DNA of 64,000 nucleotides, from assembly GCA_964016885.1 (NCBI GenBank), contig OZ024746.1, positions 29,512,001 through 29,576,000 on the forward strand. The letters run 5' to 3'. Below are positions 13,391 to 28,059 of this stretch, in pieces. How positions within the stretch are numbered: the stretch's first letter is position 1; every line of letters begins with the position of its first letter. This DNA comes from Eledone cirrhosa. Taxonomy: Eukaryota. The translations under genes and the position numbers were made by a program. Under the pieces are notes generated by a model. The model worked only from the letters and a program-made list of their open reading frames with translations. It did no database searches and was not told the origin of the DNA.

Positions 13391-15299
13391 TTTAAGATGA
13401 AGTTCTCTTAGCTAGTAAAGAAAAATGATTGTATGCTACATTTTAACTAAGTAAAGATATTTAATATTTGTATAAGTTAATCGTTTGAGCATTACCCCTG
13501 TAATTCCATTAAGTTCATGAGACCACAGGTTCGATTCACTGACGAAGTGGTGTGTTTTGTACTTGAGTAAGGTATTTCATTTCAGGTAGTTAGTTCATTA
13601 TGCAGTTTAGTGGTTAGTCTCCGATCGACTGGCGTCTTGTACTCTCAATTACATAATGCAACCGACGATAGCAACAATGAAAGAACGGACGTAAAAGTAT
13701 ATATGAATCTCCTTCCTGCTCTCACATTCACCCTCACACCCCTCACGTCACCCCAAACCCTTCACCCCTTCATGACTCCCATACACCCCCCACACATACC
13801 ACTATACATTCTGCCCACATACTCCCACACACTCTCAAACTTACCTTAAGACACTCCCTCTCCCTTACACGCACCTTCACACTGCCACATATCACTTACT
13901 GTCCCACATATCCTCTCATACTTCCTTACACTCCTTCATAAACTCTTTCACCCCCTCATACCCCCACACATTTACCCACACGCACCTCACACCATCTCAC
14001 ACTCTCTCACTCCCTCACACTCTCTTTCGTATCTGACTCTCCCCATCGCACAGCCCCACATACCACCTCACACAACCCCCACATCCTTCTCTCATTACTC
14101 TTCACACTCCCTCTCTTACACTACCACTAACACACATTTATTTTCCTCATGAAAACTACAACAATCTGCAGTATTCTAGAATGTTTTATTTTTGATTGAT
14201 TCGTCTGTAGCTAAAATCTATTAAAATTTTCTGTTCTAAATAGTTGGAACTGAATATTGGAATTCAAGTTCGTTATTTACGGAATGTCCTGCTCCTGAAA
14301 TAAGACCTTTTATACAGAATTCTTGTCACTTCAAATGCAATATAATACTTATTCTTCAACATTTTTAGCAGAATTACTAAAAGGTTTATTTTTAATAAAT
14401 GAAAAAAAATTTAAAATGTTTTATTATCGACAAACAACAACAATTAAAGAAAAACATGACTTATAATTAGATAAAATAATGCAAAAAATATAATTAATTT
14501 GTATTAGAACGGCATAACATTTTTGCAATTTTAGAATCAGACAATATTTCGGGAATTTGATAGAAAGATAGAAACATTGCGCTGTTGACTTTTAAGTGAG
14601 AATGGAAATAGTACTAAAAATATATATTTTCCTCTATATGAAATCCCACCTCCGTTCCCCAACGGCCAAAAAGAAAACGAAACATTATACAAAATACTAT
14701 TAAAAAATGTAGCTGATTGCACAATTGTTCTGAAAGGAAGTAATAAAACAACAATAAACAAATAAATATATGACTAAATAAATAAATACATTAAAGAACG
14801 CAGAGGAACTGAAGGAGATAAAAATAATTCGAAGATAAATCTATAAGATTTTTGAAAGATTTCTGCAGTGCCATTACTTGTTTTATTCTTAGAAATAAAT
14901 ATTTCTCTACATAGCTTCGATTACTTTAACTTTGGTTCTGGCTGGAGATGGGGAATTAAATGAAGAGTGAACATTGGTAGGTTGAAGGAAATAAAAATAA
15001 GTTCAATCAGTCTTGATTTCTAAATTATTAGTGTAATAAAAGCCTTCTTGTTTCTCTCATGAGTTTAGTTGCTATATATAATTAGAAAAGACATATATAT
15101 TTAATGAATAAACATTGTTTTCTCTGATCGAGACGAAGCGAAGTATATTTGAATTCATAGCAAAACTCAATGCTAGAATAGCTGTTAAAACAACCAAATG
15201 CTGTCAATAACAGCGATGGGTAAAAATACCTGAGAGGATAGAGATCAGTGGCGAGTAGAGGTCAGTAGGTAGACAATATATTGTTTATCAGTCATTCGT

Positions 15300-15600
15300 G
15301 AAGGCGAGTGACTTTGTGATTATGGTATTCAATTTACCATCGTCAGTTCGTGAGTTCGAGTCCCGGCAGCAGGATTTGTCCTTGAACAAGACACTTTATT
15401 TTACGTTGCTCCAGTCCACTCAGCTGGCAAAAATGAGTTGTACCTTTAATTTTGTCATGAAGAATCTACCTGAGAACTAAGATAAGGTTACGCGTGCCCA
15501 TAGAATGCTCAGCCACTTGCACGTTAATTTTACGAACAGGCTGTTCGGTTGATCGTATCAACTGGAACATTCGTCGTCGTAACTGACGACATGCCAGTTG
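15300..15600 (+). mobile_element. Old tRNA-derived SINE of a second family
   Basis: B box GAGTTCGAGTCCC followed by TCCTTGAACAAGACACTT; related decayed pieces at ~3220-3500, 13490-13640, 29410-29740 and ~38820-39020. Confidence 0.65.
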
Positions 15601-15641
15601 TTCCGTAGTGATTTCTTAAAACTGAAATAGAATACAATATA

Positions 15642-15770
15642 CAGTGGAACATCGGCTCAAAAACGACTCTCATCGTTGTTAAATCGGTTCACGAACAGCT
15701 TTCCAAACATAAAACGTCTCGGTTGATGAACGGTGTCTCAAGTAACGGACATACAAGTCTGGAGCATTGT
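15642..15770 (+). mobile_element. Probable pogo/Tigger-like DNA transposon end
   Basis: TA|CAGTGGAACATCGG start with repeated CGGTT.ACGAAC subterminal motifs; partner end not found. Confidence 0.4.
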
Positions 15771-15900
15771 CTTGATAATGGCCAGAGTCAGAAACGACGT
15801 CCTCGTCGACTATTACCCACCTTTTGCTTCTACTGGAATCCGTAAATTCATAGCTGAAGGCTTTTAAAATGTTTATTTATAAACATACCGTATATCGCTA

Positions 15901-15919
15901 GATATACAAAATACTCATA

Positions 15920-15961
<42 letters not shown>

Positions 15962-15980
15962 TATGAGTATTTTGTATATC
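15901..15980. repeat. Perfect palindrome centred on (TA)n
   Basis: GATATACAAAATACTCATACT-(TA)n-AGTATGAGTATTTTGTATATC. Confidence 0.95.
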
Positions 15981-16089
15981 GGTCAGTATAAAATTAATAT
16001 ATCATACTGTATGGTTAAGATTACATTTTTAAAACATTAGTGGTATCTTATACCCTCGTAATTTTAGACACCAGATTTACTGTTTATTT

Positions 16090-16278
16090 ATAATTGTTTC
16101 TACTTTAGGCACAAGGCCAGCAATTACCCAGTGCATTACTGGTACTTTATTTTATCGACCCCGTAAGGATGAAAGGAAAAGTCAACCTCGGCGGGATTTG
16201 AACTCAGATCGTAAAGGGACGTAACTATGTTGGAAAGCATGGCGTCCGATCCTCTACCGATACTGCCAATCCACCGCC
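16090..16278 (-). mobile_element. Young tRNA-derived SINE, full length with 15-bp TSD
   Basis: CTGTTTATTTATAAT at 16080-16094 and 16279-16293. Confidence 0.93.
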
Positions 16279-16940
16279 CTGTTTATTTATAATGCTCGGT
16301 ATTTATACTTTGAGCTTGTTTTAAGGGTACCTATATGAGTTAATAACTCTATATTTTATTTGTATATATATATATATCCGTTCAGAGGGCTTAAACACCC
16401 CATTTTTATTAACCTATTTTATTTTGTGAAAGTTAGGGCGAGATCTCCTAAATCAATTTTCATATATATATACATGTATAGTGTTTCGATCCATTTGGAA
16501 ACCTGAAGCACCAACAAAATGCACAATAATACACCGAATAAGCTGACATAACTTTAATGCATAAATAATGCTTGACATTATAGATGGCAGTTAGGTTGAC
16601 AGGCCCAGTGACGATATTCGAAACACACTTATGAAGGTAATTGGTTTACAGGCAGTCGTTAGTTTGGTTCTCTACGGTGTGTGTTCAAATATCACCGAAT
16701 TAAACGTTATATTTCACTTCAGAACTGGGTTAAGTTTTTCTTTTCTCTCTGTCTCTCTTTAATGGCTGGGGTCAAATTTGGAGAAGGTTGAGGTCTACAC
16801 TGTATTAAAATGCCCAAACGAAAGATGTACGTCACGAATCCTATATACAGTTGCTGGAACACATACAAACGTTAGCCTAAGAACTTCACATGCAGGTACA
16901 CATACACTGACACATAGACACACACACACACACGCACGCG

Positions 16941-17009
<69 letters not shown>

Positions 17010-17749
17010 TCACTCACGCTGCCATTTGCACGCCACCTACACATGTAGGTACACGCACATACACAGGCATACAGAAACCCCATGCACATGCAGGTGCATA
17101 CATACAGACACACATACGCGTAGACAACCAATTACACGTATCAATATTTAAAACAGATCAATACGAACTTCACCTGCTCATTTTTTTTAACGAAATACTG
17201 TAATTAATAATGGGTAATTAACCTCAGTGATGCTATTATTGTTTTTGTTGTTTTTATAATTGATAATGATTACGTGGGGCTATTATCTTTCCACTAACAA
17301 TTACGTTTTACATTACATGAATAATTTTATATTTCTTTATGTTTGAATAACCTTTTAAAACTATAACATTAGGCAAATATTTATATTGCATGTTTATGGT
17401 TTAAAACGTTCCATTTGGTTTTGCATAAATGCAGCAAATAGAAATAAATACATAAATATATGAATGTACAGATTAGCATGCAATTCTGTAGCGGAATAAA
17501 TGTATTCTAGAATTAGAGAAAATGATAAACCAATCTGCTGCGATCCATAAAATATTAACACCAAAACGCACAGACACACACACGGTGACGCGGCCACGCA
17601 GGGACTCGCGCATATGCGCACGACGTTGGACCTCTGTTGATAATTCGTTGTTTGACTAACGTAACAGCTAGCTTATGTGATTAACTTGTAATTGATTGAT
17701 GACTGAGTGATCTATACACTCTTAACGTAATACAAGGGAAGATTCAGCA

Positions 17750-18030
17750 ACCTTGTGTTACGAGGCTGGTTATTTCAATCACGGGTACAGCTCAAGACAC
17801 TGAGTGCTGGATAATGAATGACAGGTAGAACTCCTGACACAGTGCGTGACAGAGCTAGTTATTTCAATCACAGGTAGAACTCATAACACCGTGTGTGCCA
17901 TGTCAAGTTATTTCAATTACAGGTAGAACTCATGACACTGTGTGACAGATCCGGGTATTTGAATCACAGCTACACCTCATGACACAGTGTGTGACAAAGC
18001 TAATTATTTCAATCATAGGTAGAACTCACA
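17750..18030. repeat. ~47-bp tandem repeat (about 6 copies)
   Basis: GTGTGACAGAGCTAGTTATTTCAATCACAGGTAGAACTCATGACACA repeated. Confidence 0.85.
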
Positions 18031-18708
18031 GATCAGTAGAGTGGATCAACTAATATATTTTTTACCGATACAACGGTACTTTGAATAGAACTCACGACGG
18101 TAAGTTCATCTGTAGAACATACCAATCACTAAGCAGCACACATATACGCGCTACTAAGCTACTATAGCAGTCACTTGGTGGTATGTACCATGCATTAGCT
18201 AAGAGGTTTAGGTGTCTATGCGGTCGGAAGCAGTCACAGACACACTCTTGACTCTCTTCCCATTTCTGGAGGGAGAAAGTACACTAGGCCGGTAAGTTCT
18301 TTATCGACCTCGAGATGATAAAAAGCAAAGTTGGTCTCGAATGGTTTTGAAGATAGAACACTGAGATATGGAACAATTATCCAACACTCTAACAACTCTG
18401 TCAAATCGACCGCCACACACACACACACATCTATACACACACACACCCTGACAATCATACGCACACTCACTCACATGTAACTATACGGATATATAGATTT
18501 TAAATGGCTAGAAATGTAAATATGAAGATAGATAAATAAGCAGGTAGATAATGGCGGTAGTTATTTACATAGAAAGGTTTATAGATAGGTTGGAAGGTAG
18601 CTAAATAGTTTATACCCATCTTCTAAAACACACACACACACTCACACTCAACGGTATGTATAGTCAAATAACGGGCAACTAGATATTGTGTTTGACATGT
18701 AGAGTTTA

Positions 18709-18892
18709 ATAATTGTTTCTAGCTTTGGCACAAGGCCAGCAATGACCCACTACATTACTGGTACTTTATTTAATCGACCCCGTAAGGATGAAAGGCAAAG
18801 TTAACCTCGGCGGGATTTGAACTCAGACAGTAAAGGGACGTAAGTATGGTGGAAAGCATGGCGTCCGACTCTCTACCGATACTGCCAATCCA
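18709..18892 (-). mobile_element. Young tRNA-derived SINE
   Basis: Consensus match with a few substitutions. Confidence 0.88.
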
Positions 18893-19186
18893 TGAATTTA
18901 AAACGTGAAAGCGAAGTTATGGCAGATTAGAGTCGACCATCAAAGCATCTTAACACAATGTACGTATATTGTAAATACGATAGATAGAAACAAGTATTGC
19001 ACTGAGGGAGGATACTGTTAACGCTGTTAACACTGAAACAACGTTTCGTGATAGAATCGTCAGGTCAAACAACGGAAGACAAGAATACAAAGGAATGACA
19101 TGTAAATGAGACTTGAAAAACAAGAAATAGAAACTAGTATACTACATATAGGTATATATATATATGAAGATATGTGGATATATATA

Positions 19187-19228
<42 letters not shown>

Positions 19229-19246
19229 GATATGTGGATATATATA

Positions 19247-19330
<84 letters not shown>

Positions 19331-19380
19331 TATTCATATATATATATATATGTAGATATGTGGATATATATATTCATATA

Positions 19381-19465
<85 letters not shown>

Positions 19466-19470
19466 TCATA

Positions 19471-19509
<39 letters not shown>

Positions 19510-19542
19510 TATATATATATATATATATATGAATATATATAT

Positions 19543-19650
<108 letters not shown>

Positions 19651-19679
19651 ATATATATGAATATATATATCCACATATC

Positions 19680-19712
<33 letters not shown>

Positions 19713-19790
19713 TATGAATATATATATGAATATATATATATATATATATATATGAATATATATATATATATATATATATGAATATATATA

Positions 19791-19824
<34 letters not shown>

Positions 19825-19859
19825 TATATATCCACATATCTACATATATTTTATATATA

Positions 19860-19900
<41 letters not shown>

Positions 19901-20307
19901 GTGTGTGTGTGTGTATATAAACACACACACACACACACACATATACAACACACATATACACACACACATATATATTATATATATATATATGTGAGTGTGT
20001 AACATCTTCAAATAGTAGTATCAACATGACAGACTTTATATGTAGTGTGAATATATGAATATATAATGAATATCGAGATATACGCTTTCTCATTTTATAT
20101 TCATATATCATAAATATGTTATATACGTATATAGGTGGAGGGAATGTGGGTACCCAGGTAAAAAGATATCTATCTACCTATTCATGTATGTGTCCATCTC
20201 TCCTATCGACACACACACATACACTCACACACACATATATATATATGTATATATATGTATATACATATCATAATACATTTACACACAAACACACACACAC
20301 ACACATA

Positions 20308-20345
<38 letters not shown>

Positions 20346-20390
20346 CATATATACACACATATATATATATATATATACATATATACATAG

Positions 20391-20423
<33 letters not shown>

Positions 20424-20438
20424 TACACACATATATAT

Positions 20439-20469
<31 letters not shown>

Positions 20470-20478
20470 TATACATAT

Positions 20479-20521
<43 letters not shown>

Positions 20522-20550
20522 TACACACATATATATATATATATACATAT

Positions 20551-20601
<51 letters not shown>

Positions 20602-20615
20602 TATATATATATGTA

Positions 20616-20727
<112 letters not shown>

Positions 20728-20732
20728 ATATG

Positions 20733-20815
<83 letters not shown>

Positions 20816-20828
20816 TGTATATATATAT

Positions 20829-20884
<56 letters not shown>

Positions 20885-21000
20885 TGAAAGATGTAATGTA
20901 CTGGAGATATATACTTGGAAACATCTCTCTTCCTTTTCATAATAAAAACATGTAGACATAGACACACCCACGCGCGCGCACACACACACACACACACATA

Positions 21001-21077
<77 letters not shown>

Positions 21078-21537
21078 ATGTATGTATGTATGTATATCTA
21101 TATGTATCTATCGTCATAATATAAATTTCGACAACAATTAATAACATGAACGTAGTCGATTTGTATTTAGTAACATGTTTGTCATGGCAATTTGAAAATT
21201 CCCAGAGCATAGCCATCAGCGTATCAGTCGTCTGATGTGAAAGGTGAGATGGATCTATTGTATCGAGACTGAGAATATGGGGCGACATAACTGCTATTGG
21301 TTAGTCAATGTATCGATAGTATGATGGTTCATTGAAACGATCTTAAAACAATTAACTAATTAAGCATTAAACCTCACCTCTTTTGTTTTCATTGTCCATC
21401 CTATACATACATAATTCTGTTTTTTTAGATTAATTAACAAGTCTGATGAGCGGATTGATGCTCGAGTCGGGTCTATAACACAAATATCGATCTTGAGACA
21501 ATCATCTGTGAACCGTACGTAGCTACTGGTCAATAAT

Positions 21538-21572
<35 letters not shown>

Positions 21573-21597
21573 CATACACACACACACACACACACAT

Positions 21598-21702
<105 letters not shown>

Positions 21703-21704
21703 TA

Positions 21705-22033
21705 TGGTGGCTGCCAACTCGTTTTCGAGTACGGCCACCACTTTATATCCATGTACGAGAACCCCTACCGATGGCTGAACGAGTGTCACTTTTTAGTCCA
21801 GCCAGCAACTTGAAAACTCTGGTACAAACACTACACTTGTGACAATTATTGACACAGTGCTGGGCCCATGGTACCATGTGACGACAAGTGCAGAGAGATC
21901 TCCAGATATAAAGCAATGCCTGTGCCGTGAAGCTTTTATAGTGAGCAAAGGCACTGCACAAAGCCAGTCCCACTCTCTTAACCAAGATGATATTTACCAA
22001 AGAGAAGAACATGTCAACATCATTGGATAACAT
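21705..22033 (-). mobile_element. RTE-like LINE 3' end fragment
   Basis: Minus ORF has ..IWRSLC.. then HKCSVCTRVFKLLAGLKSD, a degenerate C-terminal C2H2 finger of the kind seen at RTE ORF ends; abuts (TA)n. Confidence 0.5.
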
Positions 22034-22216
22034 CAGGGTTGCAGGTGTTATATTAGAGTTTTACTTCTAGAATTCTGCCTCAACAAAGGCTAAGGGGTCA
22101 TCTCTCTTAGGGTGATACATACATTCATACATACATACACATATATATCACCGAACTTATATTCATGGAAATTTGGGACTTGACTCCTTCTTCCTCACTT
22201 TTCGTTGCTTCACCAT

Positions 22217-22370
22217 CTTTGTTTGTTTACACTCTCGTGTCCCCTTTATTTACGTGTCCCAACCACCTTTTTTAGCCGTTGCTCGCACCAACCGGAGGTA
22301 TATGGTCTTTAAAGCGATGAAATACCAATGATGGTTGGAAGATCACTGATGAAGGACTAACTTTATTCAT
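22217..22370 (+). repeat. Second copy of the 1800-1979 repeat
   Basis: Shared ~110-bp core ending CACTGATGAAGGACTAACTTTATTCAT-(TA)n. Confidence 0.7.
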
Positions 22371-22415
22371 ATATATATATATACATACATATATATTTAA
22401 TATATCTAATATAAA

Positions 22416-22578
22416 ATAATTGTTTCTACTTTTGGCACAAGGCCAGCAATTACCCAGTGCATTACTGGTACTTTATTTTATCGACCAAGTAAGGATGAAA
22501 GGCAAAGTTAACCTCGGCGGGATTTGAACTCAGAATGGCAAGGGCCGTAACTCTATGCGTCAAAGCATGGCGTCCGAC
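22416..22578 (-). mobile_element. Young SINE, subtype B, 5'-truncated with TSD
   Basis: Diagnostic GAATGGCAAGGGCCGTAACTCTATGCGTCAAAGC; ATATAAAATAAT at 22409-22420 and 22579-22590. Confidence 0.9.
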
Positions 22579-23155
22579 ATATAAAATAATACAACCAATT
22601 ATCCACAGAATACAATATAGTTAGCACTCCAAACGTTTAATTGGGAATATACTCCGGTATTTCCTGATCTTTGTTGAGTGAGTTGGAAATTGGTCGGAGT
22701 ATCACTAATAGCTTTCTCCGTTTATGTAGTTTTATATATATATATATAGAGAGAGAGAGAAAGAGAGAGAAATATGTATAAAGATGTTATTTGTTATGAC
22801 GAAGTGAAAAGTCTTGTTACCATAGAGTTTCACTTGTGTACACAGGGCAACATAAGACGATGTCTGATGATTCATTGAATATATAGATGATACTGTTCAC
22901 TTAGCCATATTGAATGTCCCTTCTTGTGTCTGTCAACATCACACATACATTATAATACATTTCTGTATGTTAAATGATATAGATAGGTAAGTAGACTAAA
23001 TCAGATGGAGTGGCAAATAATTGAATATTATAGGGAAATAATTGGATGCGCAGATGCTTCTATACACAAAATTAACTGGACAAAATGTGAGCAAAAAGAA
23101 GATATGATATACACATTGGTCAATTTGAGTCAATGATAATCAGGTAATTATACCA

Positions 23156-24170
23156 CGACTCGTCTCGCTGACCGAGCTGCAGTCCTGGGTCAAGCAAAGA
23201 CCGAGGAAAATGGGCGACTGGCACATCGAATGTGCTCAGGCACTTACAGCCCTCTGGCAGGCGGACCCGGCGATCAGTGGAGACTCCACTTCGTCATTCT
23301 ATAGAGGGTTGATCCGCAGCAAGTGCGACGACGTGCTCGGTGAAACTCTAGGCGTAGAGGAAGACGAACTGGCCAGTCTGTTCGGTAGGACCTTCCGTCC
23401 GGGACCGATGGACAACTTCCAAAAGTCCCTGCCCTGGCAGTGCTACTGAGGAGCTCTACCAGTTCGAGACAATCTCTACAGACATGGGCGCCCGGGCAGG
23501 GACCCTGCAAAAAAGATCTGTCCGAGGTGCGTGCGAGACGAAGAAACCGTCGCGCACGCATTCATACACTGCCCGGGCGCACCAACCTGTGGGGCTATGT
23601 AGAATGACTATTGTCGCGGGTGGGACCAATCCGGTTGACCACCGAGTCCATTGTCATGATCAAACCGCCACCCTCCTTCAAAAACGAAGGAGAGGCGGTT
23701 TTCCTTTGTGTGATAGCTATGGCGAAAGAGGTTGTATGGTGGACAAGGTTGAAAGGGCTGAGGTCAGACACCTTTCTCTCCGGCCAACAACTGATTCTTT
23801 TTTTCAAATACCACTTTGGAAGAAGAATCAGGATGGAGAGAAAGGTGCTGTACCCCAGCAAGTTTTATGAAAGGTGGGTGAAAGTGGCGAGAATTGTCCG
23901 AGTGAATGGGCCTTCTCTCTATATCAGCCTGTAGGTTGAGGAAAAAGAGGAGGAGAGGAAAGGAGTACAAACTCTTCGTACTCCTGGAGATGAGGGTTGC
24001 AGATTTTTTTTCGGGGGTATGTGTTACCCATATGTAATGTCTCCCCCTATTGGGGAAATCGACTAATTTTTAAATTGCATTTGTGATAATATTTTACACG
24101 TTTTTATTGTATGTAAACTTCCCCCTTTGTATTTGTCCCCTTCTTTTGTGTCCCTGTGGCTAATAAAGAA
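23156..24170 (+). mobile_element. Tx1/L1-clade LINE, 3' part of ORF2 plus 3' UTR (decayed)
   Basis: Manual translation ...WQCY*GALPVRDNLYRHG... and ICPRCVRDEETVAHAFIHCP (CCHC knuckle of L1/Tx1 ORF2); GC-rich relative to flanks; ends near AATAAA at 24162. Confidence 0.75.
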
Positions 24171-25510
24171 ACATATATTACGTTGTAGAGCCGTACTAGT
24201 ACTATGTGGTTGTAAAGCTAATATAGCCAGTACAAAACTGTCACAATACATAAGTTAGTGACACTTCAGCTCTATTCTTCTTTTACTATCTCGGACATGG
24301 AATGTTCTTACATGGAAATCAGGTGTTTGTCATTTTGTGCGTTTACAATGAAGGGAGGTTGCCAATGGATTAATTTGTTCGTTGCGTAATCACATAGATT
24401 TCTGGCATGTTGTGTTCTTAATCCAGATGCTTAATTCCACACTGCTTTTCATTATAGAATTGTGGAATCCTGTCATGAAAGCTCCGGAGAACCCTCCATG
24501 AAATGTACTTACATGGGTGTTAACTATAATACCAGCCATTTATGTAACATACTAGGGCCGGAGCTCCTATCAATAAAATATTCGAGCAACCTATGAGATA
24601 CATACTCGAATGAAGCCAGCTAATCCTACAATGGTGTCAGCTGTTACATGACTACACCTATGTCTCTATGATAGGATGGGGGGAGCTATCATGTACATAC
24701 TGGAGAATCCTACTATAAGATTCAAACTCGTAAGGGGCCAGCTAAAACTTCATAGCTTTGCAAAAATAATAGGACTAGGGCACCCTATCATTAAACGCAT
24801 GAGGAACCTCCTATGAAATTCATCATCGTAGGAAGCCAGATAAATATTTCCAGGTGTGAGTTCTAGCAATGAAAAATCTACGCACGAAATTAAATGGCTA
24901 ACTGTTTCACAGACACGAGACACCTTTACGCAGGTACAACTCAAGTTTTTCAACTAAGTTGACTGGAACGAAGTAAAACTAAGTATCCTCCTTCAGACCT
25001 CGACGCACCGCTCCGTCCGTTAACCGAACCTACGACCTTACTATCGTGTGCTGACCACACTTACTACTATGTCTCATTTATAAACAATACTAAGTATAAT
25101 TCAACAAGAAGTCATATCTCAACTTCTTGGCCAGATGAAAAAAAAAACGATAACACCAAACCTAAACACAATCAGCACGCAGACGCACACTACACTCCAC
25201 TACACACACAAAAAAAAAACCTTATTAATTTTAAGTCCGTTTCTTAGTGCATTGTGATTGTGTGTTACAATATTTCATTTTTCATGGCAGCAAAATGTAA
25301 TTATATATGTATGTATATATATAGTATGTATGTGGGATATATATATAATGGGTAGGATTGACGAGGTTGAAAATACATGAAAACATTGAAAAAATGGAAT
25401 CATCAAGATAAGTGTAAATAAGTACAATGAGTGTGTGTTGTGTTGTTATGTATAGGGAATGTATTTTATCTCTTAATAAGGTTAGACACAAAGGGAGAAT
25501 GAGAGCGTGT

Positions 25511-25552
<42 letters not shown>

Positions 25553-25697
25553 AGAGAAGGGGAGAGGCTCACACACATGCAGACATACATTGTATTTTGT
25601 GTGTTTTGTGTCTGAATATGAGACTTATAAACAGAGAGGTAGCTAGGACATTATTATGTTATGTTAGTGAAAAATAATTCCTGTACGTAAATATATT

Positions 25698-25888
25698 ATA
25701 ATTGTTTCTACTTTAGGCACAAGGCCAGCAATCATCCAGTGCATTACTGGTACTTTATTTTATCGACCCCGTAAGGATGAAAGGCAAAGTTAACCTCGGC
25801 GGGATTTGAACACAGAATGGCAAGGGCCGTAACTCTATGCGTCAAAGCATGGCGTCCGACCTTCTACCGACACTGCCATTCCACCGCC
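25698..25888 (-). mobile_element. Young SINE, subtype B, full length
   Basis: Subtype-B diagnostic segment; TATATTATAAT on both sides. Confidence 0.9.
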
Positions 25889-25934
25889 TTATATTATAAT
25901 ATAATATAATAGTATAATATAATATATATATACA

Positions 25935-25996
<62 letters not shown>

Positions 25997-26150
25997 CATG
26001 TATGTATATATATACATATTACTGTACGTATGTATACATATATGTATGTACGTATTCATACTTATATTTAAGTAACAGCCGTACTAAGAGTGAGAAATGA
26101 AATTCGTTTCATTTTTTCCGTATATATATATATATATATATACATATATA

Positions 26151-26251
<101 letters not shown>

Positions 26252-26292
26252 ATATATATATATATATAAACATATATATATATATATATATA

Positions 26293-26382
<90 letters not shown>

Positions 26383-26569
26383 AACATATGTATATAGTAT
26401 AGAAAGAGAAAAATACATGTACGTTCTTTGAATATGTAAGATTAAACGACATAGGGAACAATGTTAATTTTCTCATAAATAATTCATTCACGATTCGTAC
26501 GTGCCTCTCCATCCTTGCTATATATATATATATATATATATATATAGATATATATATATACATATATGT

Positions 26570-26608
<39 letters not shown>

Positions 26609-26744
26609 AACACACACACACACAGAAATGCATATATATATATATATGCATTTGTGTGTGTGTTTATATATATATAGAAACACATACACACAATATATAT
26701 GTAGAGAAAGAGAGAGAGAGAGAGACATATAAACATATCCTGTA

Positions 26745-26792
<48 letters not shown>

Positions 26793-26906
26793 TCACTTTC
26801 TTTCTTACTCACACGTGTATATATATATATATATTTCACCAAGCGCGAACCTAATATAACTGTGTAAAAATTTCATCCTGTATTTAGTTTGTTCATTTTT
26901 TCAACT

Positions 26907-27005
<99 letters not shown>

Positions 27006-27493
27006 AACATTATTTAAGTAGATATCTCTTTACAGAGGAATGAATCTATACATTTATATATAAAACAGTCTGCTCATGAATTACAATTTGACATCTAAGG
27101 GAAATGCGTCGTGATATAACGTGATAAGCATGAACCTTTGAATTACTGTTACTCACCATCCGATAGGCTTTTAAACAGTTTCCGTCGTACCAATTTCACT
27201 CACTAGACCTGAGTAGATACAAGGCTATGTTAAATGAAAGTTTTCAACGATGCTGCGCACATCGAATCTAATGAAGTACACCTCGAAACCTGCAAGATAA
27301 TTTGTCCGACGCTGAAACGGCTCTGCTAATTCACCACCTGACTAATTCACCACGATCGAATAGCTTAACATACGTACAAATATCTTATCTACATATATAT
27401 CATAATTTATGTTTTAAATGAAATTCTAAACTATTGTTATGACGATGAATAGGAGAAACATGACGAAACATTTTATCTCAGATACACAGGGTA

Positions 27494-27966
27494 ACAAGTA
27501 GAGTAAATTGCGGTGAGACTGTTATCTGATTTGGTAAAAGGAAAGAAAACAAAATTATTTAAGACCCCGTCGCTAAATCATTGAGCTGTACAGTTATATT
27601 TGTGTCTACTTTGGGCACAAGGCCAGCAAATACCCAGTTCATTACTGGTACTTTATTTTATCGACCCCGTAAGGATGAAAGACAAAGTCAACCTCGGCGG
27701 GATTTGACTTTGTCTTTCATCCTTACGGGGTCGATAAAATAAAGTACCAGTAATGAACTGGGTATTTGCTGGCCTTGTGCCTAAAGTAGACACAAATATA
27801 ACTATACAGCTCAATGATTTAGCGACGGGGTCTTAAATAATTTTGTTTTCTTTCCTTTTACCAAATCAGATCACAGTCTCACCGCAATTTACTCTACTTG
27901 TAAAAGGAAAGAAAACAAAATTATTTAAAACCCCGTCGCTAAATCATTCAGCTGTATAGTTATATT
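27494..27966. repeat. ~200-bp-arm fold-back palindrome containing a SINE 3' half, followed by a third direct copy of flank
   Basis: 27494-27691 is mirrored by 27704-27901 around the loop CCTCGGCGGGAT; 27901-27966 repeats 27535-27600. Confidence 0.92.
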
Positions 27967-28059
27967 GACGTGGTATTTATACAAGGAAGATTTGGCTAAA
28001 CAATAAACTAGTCGAACATACAGAAAAAGAAAGCAGTATTAGAAAGGACTATAAATGCT

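Noticed and set aside
16090-16278. Functional tRNA genes in SINE heads
   Set aside because: A/B boxes are present but there is no cloverleaf; copies have a shared tail and TSDs, so they are SINEs
19036-19067. Minus-strand CTGACGA-TTCTATCAC-GAAACGTT hammerhead
   Set aside because: Stem II does not pair and stem I is only ~3 bp; possibly a fossil but unsupported
21440-21475. CTGATGAGC...GCTCGAG hammerhead
   Set aside because: GAAA half of the core is absent
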